Assembly (NCBI RefSeq): GCF_018977255.1
Contig: NW_024704742.1
Span: 24,864,001-24,928,000, forward strand
Source: Callorhinchus milii
Lineage: Eukaryota
DNA: 64,000 nucleotides
Direction of reading: 5' to 3'
Both the position numbers and the translations under genes were made by a program. Below the pieces are notes generated by a model. The model ran no database searches. It saw nothing but the letters and a program-made list of their open reading frames with translations, and was not told the DNA's origin. Below are positions 11,667-21,235 of this stretch, piece after piece (the stretch's first letter is position 1; each line of letters opens with the position of its first letter).

Positions 11667-14329
11667 AAGGCAGTTATCTTGTATTATTGTTTTAAAATTT
11701 GTATGAATTTTTACATTGCCTATTTAAAGTTTGCATTGTAACCAAAGTATAGTTAAATTAAACAATACAGTTACACAATTTAAAACATAGGATTTCTATA
11801 TGATTCTTGTGGTTTATGTTACAAAGGAATGAATAAAGGAAGGAAAAGCGAAATAACTGAAGCATTTAGTTTTTAACGATTAATGAATTCTTTATTATTT
11901 TGGTGATAAAAATGATACTGGTCAAACAAATGCTTTAAATTAAATCCACAACAAAGCTGAGTAAATTGTACTGAAATTCATATTGTTCACTTCCTGATGA
12001 ACTGATGTGAAATCTTAACTTCTGATCTGAATTAGACACAGGATTTTTTTTAATTGAGCCACATTAACCAGAAATCAATTTAGTTCCCAGAATCATTTTA
12101 TTTTATTGTTAGTCATTTTATCAGTCCACATGCTACTTAGAACCATAGAATATATCATTGTGTGCAGTTGAGAATGCTGTGTTATCAGCTGAAAGAATGA
12201 GCACAATAAATAAGCAAGATAAATAATCCCTTCAAAAAAAATTTTAAAATAATAATAATTTGGTCACTCAATCCAAGACTGTTTGTGGGACACTGATTAT
12301 ATGCAATTGGCTGCTGCGTTTCACTCACAAAATACACAGTCAATTCACTTTACAATATATTCTGTGAAGCACTTTGAGACGTCTCGACGACATGATAAGG
12401 CGCTATATCAAATGCAAGGATTATTATTATGCTTCTGGAAGGGAAACACAAAAATATTGCTTATGCGTCCCGCGGATGTTTCTCAAGTCTGGCTATCAAT
12501 AGCCACAGGTGGAAACACCGTGCCATAGGCGAACAGATTTAATAGTGTTCTTACATTCTGCAAGCCTCGCCCACTTGATACAACACAATGATTCACACTG
12601 CACAAAGGACTTCAGTACCTAGCAGATGGTTTGTGGAACTGATGACAGGCATTGTATTTTGGGATGATTTTTTCTGTCCTATACCATCCTTCTGCAGGCT
12701 ACTACCCCTAGTAAAAAAAAATCAGCAACGTTTTGTGCAATACAATGTGCTTTTATAACAAGTCTGTAAGTAAAGTTATTATATTTATGTACTCTTAAGG
12801 TGAGTGATGCCCTGCAGTGGCTATCACTAACATACCAACAGTGTATTATTATACATTAAACAGTAAGCAACAGATTAAGCATTTAAAAAATCGAAAGACA
12901 ATAAACATATTCAAAAACACTGGTTACATAATGATGGGCCCAAAATTCCATCCAGTTTTAGCCTGCGAGAACATTTTGCCTTAAAATTAAAGATCATGCG
13001 AAAATTCTTAAATTCTCTCTTAATTTGGATGCTTTTTTCCCCTCAATATTACAGGGAAACAAATGGTTTCCAAAATTGTACTGAATTTAAGAATTTTCCA
13101 CAATTCTGCTTGATCAGAAATTTTAAATTCTCATATGTTCGAAGGCACAGTGAAATTGCTGGCCTGAAGTGTCTAGCTCTATGGCTGTGGAAATATAAAT
13201 GGGTGGTAGCACATTACCCAGTATAGAGGTACAGCAAATATGCACAATAGTTCACAAGGGCCCTTTACATATTTTATTGGCATCACCCAAACCATTAGGC
13301 TTTCACAAATGAAGGCATTTTTGTTTGCATTTTGGGATTGTTGGTCAGACGTACACACAGAATCTTGGACAAAACCAAAAATAGCACCATCGCACATATC
13401 ATTGTAAATTCCAGCAGGTTAACATCGTCCCATGAACGCGTGTCAAGTCCGTAAACATTTATCGAGGTTTGCACAGTCAGAAAACCTTCCTCTGAGTTGG
13501 GCACAGCAGCAGGCAGCAAGAAGGTAGTGAGGAGGTAGTGAGTTCATGAAAAGTCACTTGGTAGATGAACAGTATAGAATGTGGAGTCACTGCTCAGTAG
13601 TATCCTTGATCATGTGGACCTCAGCCCTCTTCCCCCACCCACCCTCACTACCACTGGAGGTTAGCTCTTCCATCAACACCGAAGTTCAGGTAAAGATCCT
13701 GCTTCAATCAAGCTGCTTGTCTGGCATCACGCTGTCGATGGGTTCCCCAGTCACACCATCTGAGACAAAACAGTCACTTTTTTCCTCGGTGAATTCCATG
13801 CACTGGTGTGATTGGCTGTCATGTGATGGCACAAGAGGGGTTGATGGGCTTGCTCTGCCAGGGCTCTCTGTCCAGCCAACCATGCCATAACTTTCTCGGC
13901 ATGAAAAGCTTCACTAGTGAGGACCTCGTACTCTCCGACTCCACAGAACTGGATCTACTGGAAGTAACCAGCACATCCTCTAGCAACCCCAGGGCAAAGA
14001 AATATCTCAGGCCCCGCGATGTAAACGATGATGGAGAAGGACTCATTCTACACAGCATTAGTTACACAGACAATCAAGTTTTATAAATAACTTCTAATCA
14101 AGCCTCTAACCTCTAATGAACATTTGATCATAATATTGTTAGCAAACTCAATGTAATATTAAGCATTCTGAGACATTACCCTGCGTGGAGAATACTATAT
14201 AATTGCAAGTTGTTGTTATAATATTGACCCTATTATTCGATACCTCATTGTTACACTTCTTTAACTCTCTGCAAAGTGTATCTCTTTGTACTTAGCCTCT
14301 TTGTACTGTCTTACCTTAGAAGGGGAGAG

Positions 14330-14900
14330 GTAAGCGGGGTCTTTTTGGAATGTTGGAATTGAGCCAGCCCTCTGTGGTAGTCCAGTTCCTGAACCAGGTG
14401 GATTTGCAGTATTCCAGGACACTGCTGATGAGAGCACAGCCAGCCTGGCTCATCGGCAGGATTTGGAAGGGCAGACCAGTCACCGGGGGCAGAGAATCAT
14501 CCCACTTAGCTCCGGTTAATCGTGCAAGCCAAAGCCCTAATGGGTAGGGAGGTCCTAACTGGACAAGCAGTGGGGAAGCTTGCCGGACAGGGATATCAAT
14601 GGCAAACTATCCCGTTTTAGGTAGTTGAACACCAGCAGTACCCCAACGCACACTCCGGGGTCCCCAAGCCTTGGCTCTTCCAACCTGTGCTTAATACTTT
14701 CTGGAATAAGGTAAGCAAGATGTGTTTCTCCAAGGAGAGAATATACAAATCATTCTAATAATCTATCTCTGGGATTTTCACATGTAGGCAGAATGCATGG
14801 AATTTTCAGTTCGGTTTGTATTCTTTGAGCATGGTGATGGGTTTCCATGTGTGTCAGACACCCAGCTGACCAAAAAAAATACTTAGCTACCCATGCTGAG
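14330..14900. repeat. Unclassified ~550-bp interspersed repeat (3 copies)
   Basis: Shared blocks (CCTGAxCCAGGyGG...CAGTATTCCAG; GGGCAGACCAGTCACyGGGGGCAG; CAAAGCCCTAAyGG; AAGCTTGCCrGACAG; CCTTGGCTCTT) also at about 40700-41200 and 51430-51910, in the same orientation. Confidence 0.8.
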
Positions 14901-15466
14901 TGCTCCTGCTGTAGATAATAGGAAAGTTGTCATTCCCACTTTATTCTGAGACAACAATCGGGGACTGGAGGCTGGTTGAGCGAGGAGATGGTCTTCCATC
15001 TCTGTCTATAAGTTCACCTACAGTTTAAATCTCTTATTGACGGAATAAAATCAATGTGGGAATTATGGGCTGTTTTTCCTCTTCAACCGTGTCTTTGGTT
15101 ATCTTCCCACCTCCACCCCCATTGCCCTTGACCCTCTTGGCTCCAACCCTCAGCTTGGGTGCAAATCCTTCAATGTCCAGCGCCTTGGGACATCCTAATA
15201 TAATGTAATTTGTTGTTCTTGCTGTTGTTGTTGTTGTTATTTTATATCCCTGGAGAATTTTGTAGAGACACAATGGAAGTCATTGCCCACAGTAACTCGA
15301 ATTGCTACACTTGGATCAGGATAATATTGAATTAGCTATATTAGTTATAATGTTATCTGGAGTTATCTGGAGTGGAGAGTATATTCTTGACTGCATTGAA
15401 TGTGAAGTGGGGGCATAAACATCCCCTCTGCTGGGTGGCTGGTAGTTGATATGTAATGATCAGCGA

Positions 15467-15472
15467 TTTATT
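15467..15472 (-). promoter_or_regulatory. Candidate FGA (alphaE) polyadenylation signal
   Basis: AATAAA on the minus strand about 135 nt past the stop; ATTAAA also at 15542-15547. Confidence 0.5.
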
Positions 15473-15607
15473 CAGCATTAGTCCGGGTCATCCAGTACTT
15501 TGCTGAAGCACCAAGAAATTACAGGAGAAATTGACTTATTTTTTAATACAACAATAAAAAAAAGGAGACGTTGTTAACAAAATTCCTCGACAAGAACAGC
15601 TCCTAGC

Positions 15608-16314
15608 CTAGTTAGTAGCAATTCGTCGAATTTTCATCCTGACAACTTTGAGAGAGTAGTCATTACCTCTGAAAGGAATCCACACCATTCCATTTTCTAT
15701 TTCGTAAGGCATGTTATTGCGAGGATCATACTGCCCACCCGTGTAGTAAATTCCATTCAGATTAGCTGCCTGACAGCTATTGTACCACCAACCCCCTCCA
15801 TATATCTCTGCACAACTCTCCTCCCATCTATCGTGATCTCTGTCGTAGGTGCTAAACTTCATGTAAGAGTGGGATGTATGGTTACCATACTCTGGAAGCC
15901 CTGCTATTAATGCATCTCCAGCATCACCTGAATAATCAGAGAGTTTCAGCATGTAGTCCTCTGATTCACAACCTATGCTTACAATATAATGAGCAAATAC
16001 CATGTGGCCTGACCAGTCCTCCAGCTCTATGCGAAGGAGGCTTTCCTCTTGCGTGAGTAAGTGCAGATTGTCATTTCCCAGCCAGACATCTCCATGGCCT
16101 TGATCATCGATGCTACCAAATCCATTCTTATACTCATCCCAGGATCGGTTGAAGTGGACTGATCCACCCATTCGCTGCTGGATTAGGATCCAGCCACCGA
16201 GACCAGTGCTCTGATCGCAGTAAGCTGTGATAGTAGCAGCTGAGCCATTGGGCTTGATTGTAAACAAACCATCTTCACCACCAGATGTATGTTTCTGGAT
16301 GATATCACTACAAT
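15608..16314 (-). CDS. FGA: Fibrinogen alpha chain exon 6 (alphaE C-terminal fibrinogen-related domain)
   Basis: tttcag acceptor; DCSDIIQKH...YCDQSTGLGGWILIQQR...WLGNDNLHLLT...FSTYDRDHDRWEESCAEIYGGGWWYNSCQAANLNGIYY...YEIENGMVW...MKIR; TAG. The spliced CDS is 2253 nt (750 aa). Confidence 0.97.
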
Positions 16315-16539
16315 CTGAAAAGAAATGGAATGGAAAAAAATGAAAGAAATGAAAATGGAAAAAAAAATTGGTCGCTCAATTCACGAGTGTTTGTGGGACA
16401 CTCCAGTTAGCAATTGGCTTCCACTTTTCACCCATAAACTACACGTTATAATATATTCTGTGAGTGCTTTGAGACATCTTAATGACATGATAAGGCGCTG
16501 TGTCAAATGCAAGGATTCCTGTTTAACTTTTGCCACTGT

Positions 16540-16812
16540 GGGATATTGTTTATTTGGGGGAATTGTTGGCGAGGACACTGGGAGAAACTCCCTTCTCATT
16601 TCAAATAGTGCCAAGGATCTTTAATGTCCACTTGAATAGGACCACGGTTTAACATCTCATTCGGGCAGCACCTCCAACAATGTGCAGTGCAACATCAGCA
16701 CTGTACTGGAGTGTCAGCTGAGACTGTGTGAGTACAAGGTGCCGATATGGAGCTTGAACCCACAATCTTCTGACTCAGCCACGAGAGTGCTTCCCACTGA
16801 GCCAGCCTGACA
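16540..16812 (-). mobile_element. tRNA-derived Deu-domain SINE (family B) in FGA intron 5, sense to FGA
   Basis: Head TGTCAGGCTGGCTCAGTGG...GGTTCAAGC; Deu-like core GGAGGTGC...GAGATGTTAAACC...GTGGACATTAAAGATCC...GGCACTATTTG...GGAGTTTCTCCCAGTGTCCT. Confidence 0.8.
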
Positions 16813-16849
16813 CACATACAAAAACTTGGAACACACGTCATCAGCTTAC

Positions 16850-17894
16850 CTTTTCCAATGTACCCATCAGCCTTCTGCACCTTAGTGCTGTGAGCAAATA
16901 TATCAGGAAAATCTTGTCCAATTTCATCCCGAAGCGGTAACACTGGGTCTGAAGAAGAATGAAGAGATTTCAAAATATTTGGGAGTCCTTTAGAATCGTC
17001 TGTTTTGGTGAACCATCGGCTGCTGCTGAAAGCCTCTGTGTGAGATACACTCCCTTTGGAGTCTGTCACCCCGGTGTTGGCTGTGGGGAAAGTGGGTTTT
17101 ATATTGTCAATTCTGCCAGAGTCATCAATATCCGTTAAATTGATATATTCAGTGACACTATCAGAGCTGTTGATTTTCACATGAGTTGAACTAGCACTTG
17201 ACCCCTTCATCTCTAGCTTTGACCATCCCACTGCTTCCTTAGGATCTGTTGCTTGTGGATCAGGGAGTGACAGGTCAGGGACAGTTCTGGTGTCATTGTC
17301 TTTTATGTAACCTTGCTTTGTCTTAGATTCAGCCATAATGCCAAATGTTTTAGTGTGAGAACCATAAGAGGAGCCAATTTTGTTTGCCCCCTCTGCCAAA
17401 TGTAGTTCTTCTGCAATAATACTCACTTCGCCAAGGGATAAGGGTGCAGAGACCCTCTCTGTAATACTTATTCCATCCTCAGGTGAGGATATGTTGCCAT
17501 CCCCTGTGCTAATTCTGTCAGAAGATGCAGTAGTAATAGCTGCAGGCATGAGAGGTGAGAGTGAGCTTTCAAAATAGCTGAAATCTAGATAAGAACTTGT
17601 AGGTTGGAAATAATCTTCGAGGGTAATTACATTAGTATGTATTTCTTTCCAGAATTCAGAATATCCATGATCCAAATCCAGTTCAGATTTAAAGCCAGTG
17701 ACCACATCAGCTGTCTTGGTAGAAGTCATTTTGAGACTGTGCAGTGGCTTCTTATATTCAATCTTCTCCAGTCTCTTGATGCTCATTGACCTGAGGACTT
17801 TTTCAACACGGGCATCATTTTCCTTGTTGATGTCGTAGACAAAGGACTTGACACAAGATCCTTTGCAAGCTTGTATCTTGATGTCAATGTCAAT
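16850..17894 (-). CDS. FGA: Fibrinogen alpha chain exon 5 (second disulfide ring and alphaC region)
   Basis: Starts IDIDIKIQACKGSC; open for 1045 nt; Ser/Thr-rich; ends ...QDFPDIFAHSTKVQKADGYIGK at an AAG|gtaagc donor (phase 1). Confidence 0.95.
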
Positions 17895-17939
17895 CTAGCA
17901 AAAATAATATATTATATATTATTCTGAACGTTCAAATAA

Positions 17940-18144
17940 CATTGAAAACAAAAACATAAGTCGCTGGGAACACTCAGCAGGTCAGGCAGTATCTATGTGG
18001 AAAGGATAGTGAGTCAACATTTCGGGTCCACGACCCTTTTTTAGAACAGGGTGGTGGACCCGAAACATTGACGCACTTTCTTTTCTCCATAGATGCTGCC
18101 CTGACATGCTGAGTGTTCCAGCATCTTTAGTATTTCGCATTTCA
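17940..18144. mobile_element. Second, more decayed copy of the palindromic element, in FGA intron 4
   Basis: Same arms and GGGTC-GTG-GACCC-GAAA core; possible TSD TTCAAATAA at 17931-17939 and 18145-18153. Confidence 0.7.
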
Positions 18145-20442
18145 TTCAAATAAAACTGTTTTTCTTATCCTGCCAGTTAGTTGGCATCCAAAATATTGCA
18201 GAAATGCAGCGTTTTAAATAAAATTAATAATAATAATCCTTGCATTTGACATAGCGCCTAATCATGTCTTCGAGATGTCTCAAAGTGCTTTGCTGAATAT
18301 ATTGTAAAGTGAATATTGTGGGTGAAATGCGGCAGCCAATTGCTCACAGCAGTGTTCCACAAACAGTCGTGGATTGAGTGACCAAATTATTATTATTTAT
18401 TTGTTTTTTGGATGGATTACTAGCCCCAGAAAAGAGATCCACCAATTGACTAACAACCAGGTTCCTACTTGCTGCTAGATAAACAGAGGCATGTGGAGCA
18501 AGGAAACTTGCCTAACATTTCACCATTTTTAATTTTAAATCGTAATTTTTATTAATTTTAATAAAATTAAACAGATGAAATTAAATAATAACCTTTACAT
18601 TTCTACAGTGTCTTTCATATGGATAGGATGTCTCAAAGCGCTTCCTAGGATTTACTATAATCTGTGATGACTGTATCTTGCTTTTAGTAGGCAAATTTGT
18701 GCACAGTAATATCCCATAAACAACCATGGAGTGTATGACCAATTTTATTTGAGGGATTGTCAACCAGGATACCAGGAGAAACTCCCTACTGTTTTCCAAA
18801 TAGTGCCACGGGATTTTTAAGATCCAACTGAAAAGTACAGGATCTTGGTTTAATAGCACCTCCAAAGGATGACACCTTCAACAACCCAGCGCAGCCCTAG
18901 GTATGTTTTAGAATGTCAGCCTAGACTACGTGACTTCAAACTCCTAACCCACAAGCCTCTTACTCAAAGCCTCCAAGCCAGAGTGCTACCAACCAAGCCA
19001 GGCTGACATAGGCTGATGTTATAGGAGAGGCGGTGGAGAAGGATAGCATGATAATAATAATCCTTGCATTTGATATAGCGCTTTTTCATGTCTTCTAGAC
19101 GTCTCAAAGCGCTTCACAGAATAGACTGTAAAGTGAATTGACTGTATATTTGTGGGTGAAAAGCGGCAGCCAATTGCGCACAGCAGTGTCCCACAAACAG
19201 TCGTGGATTGAACTAACCCAATTTTTTATTATTGTTTTTTTTGGAGGTTTATTATCAGGCGTGTGGAGTAAGGAAACTTGTCCAAGGTGTCGGCCTGATG
19301 GGAATCAAACCCAGATCTCTCGGTTGTGAGGCGAGTGCTCTAACTACTGAGCTACAAGACTCCTAAAATTTATTGTGTCAAAGGAGTAGAAGCAGTGGAG
19401 AGGTCCAGGGGACAAGGCGGCAGAGAGACCCTGGTCATTTGTGACTTTGATGAGCACTGTCTATAGAACAGCTGATTATTTATTGTATTCCCTCATGACT
19501 GCAGTTAAATTGAATTGTGCAGTTTGCTTGTTTTTTATAAAGGTTTTTTAAATTATATTTTGTCACCTTTTGGAAATTGTGAATCGCTGTTTTGTGAAAA
19601 TTGTAAATTGAGGGCAAATGGAAGTCACAATTACTGCTTCTGCAAACTAAGCCCCAGGATTACTTTTTTATGAAAGGCAATAACCTATTTCATTCACCTA
19701 TAAATTTCAGTCACTTTATAGTAAATCTTGTAAAGCTCTTTAAGATGTCCTCCTGATGTGAAAGGCCCTGTATCAACTGCAAGAATTATATAATATTAAT
19801 AATGATAATAAGCATTTGAAGTACTTACGGTGGACATTAAAAATCCCATGGTACTATTCAGAAATAATTTATCCTGGTGTTGAAGCCAACACCCCCTGAT
19901 AAAATTGATCACTGAATCCCTGACTGCTTGTGGTTCACTGTTGTGTGCATTTAGCTGCCATGTTTTGCCAACAAAATATACACTCAACTCACTTTACAGT
20001 ATATACTGTGAAGCGCTTTGAGATGTCTCAATGACGTGATAAGGGGCTATTTCAAATCCAAGTATTATTATTATAATGATAATAATATAATGATAATAAT
20101 AATAATGAAATGCAACCCACATATCACTAGTAACCCAGATAACCCTAACCCTAACATAAAGATGCAGCAATAGTGGCAGGAATGTTAATTAAACAAGCAC
20201 TGTCTCCAAACTTACCATGTTAAGGTTTTGTGAAAACATTCTGAATAAATGTGAAGAATATTGTAAAATATTTAAAAACATTCTCATTTAAATAATTCAT
20301 ACTCATAATTTCATCTGTAATTGATTCATTGTAACAAAAACTATAGTTATTATAGAAATCTAGATTCATAAGGCTAACACAGTGCTATCTGCCTGAAAAA
20401 ACACAGCACTGCAATTTCAAAATAAGGAAAACATTTATTTAC

Positions 20443-20588
20443 CTCCAGTCGGATAATTTCTTCGAATTGTTGGAATATACTTTCTTTCAGAAGCTGTATT
20501 TTGGTGGTTTGGTGATTGAGTCTGTCCTGCAAGCTGGCAAGTCGGGAATTGAGTGAATCCACCAGCTTATAGTAGGTAGTACCAGAGT
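20443..20588 (-). CDS. FGA: Fibrinogen alpha chain exon 4 (coiled coil)
   Basis: DSGTTYYKLVDSLNSRLASLQDRL...EEIIRLE; 146 nt; tag/gtaaat borders; phases fit both neighbours. Confidence 0.95.
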
Positions 20589-20679
20589 CTAAAGGCGCAG
20601 AGAAAGACAAGAATTCAATTAGAAACGTTTCTCATTCAAACAACGTTATGAAATGGACGGCAGCAGAGGAGGCTCTCAC

Positions 20680-20863
20680 CTCCCACTTCGTTCAGAGTTT
20701 CCCTGATTCTTCTGGTTGCTTGGGTGACGCTCATATGGGTAGATTCGTATGTTTTCGAGTAGTCGTCCAACATCTGTCGGATCTTCCTTACTCTGTCATC
20801 TGTTTTGCGATCCTCATGGTCCATCAGCCCTTGGATTCGGCATCCGGATGGGCATTTCGGACC
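20680..20863 (-). CDS. FGA: Fibrinogen alpha chain exon 3 (disulfide ring and coiled coil)
   Basis: GPKCPSGCRIQGLMD... (CPSGCR motif); 184 nt; cag/gtgaga borders. Confidence 0.96.
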
Positions 20864-21235
20864 CTGTCCCAAGTAATTCAGATTTAAATACAACGTCTTC
20901 ACACTGTGTCATTCAAGATCACATACTGACAAAATTGGTTTGGAAGAAGGAGGTCCTTTCCCCCATCTGATCTCATTCCTCCAAATCATTCCCACTTCAC
21001 AGCATCAAACTCTTTTTTTAAATGAGTTTAGTGTCCTGGCCTCTACCATCCTACTCTACCTATTTGTTACATGTGTTGATTACTCACTGGGTAAAGAAAA
21101 CCTTCCTGGTATCTGTCCTGAAATTGCCCTTTACAACTCTAAGCATATGTCCTCTTGTTCTATTGCCATGATACATCCTAAAGTATTGATCTAGGCTCGA
21201 CCACATCAATTCCCTGCTTGTCAGCCTTACCAATA

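Noticed and set aside
11422..11667. Hydrophobic Cys/Val-rich ORFs as membrane peptides
   Set aside because: They are translations of a GA/CA microsatellite.
15608..16267. Separate fibrinogen-like, ficolin or angiopoietin gene
   Set aside because: No start codon or signal peptide of its own; it splices in phase to FGA exon 5 and has alphaE-specific motifs.
16695..17786. 363-aa ORF as a standalone gene
   Set aside because: It is FGA exon 5 read from an internal Met plus intron read-through.
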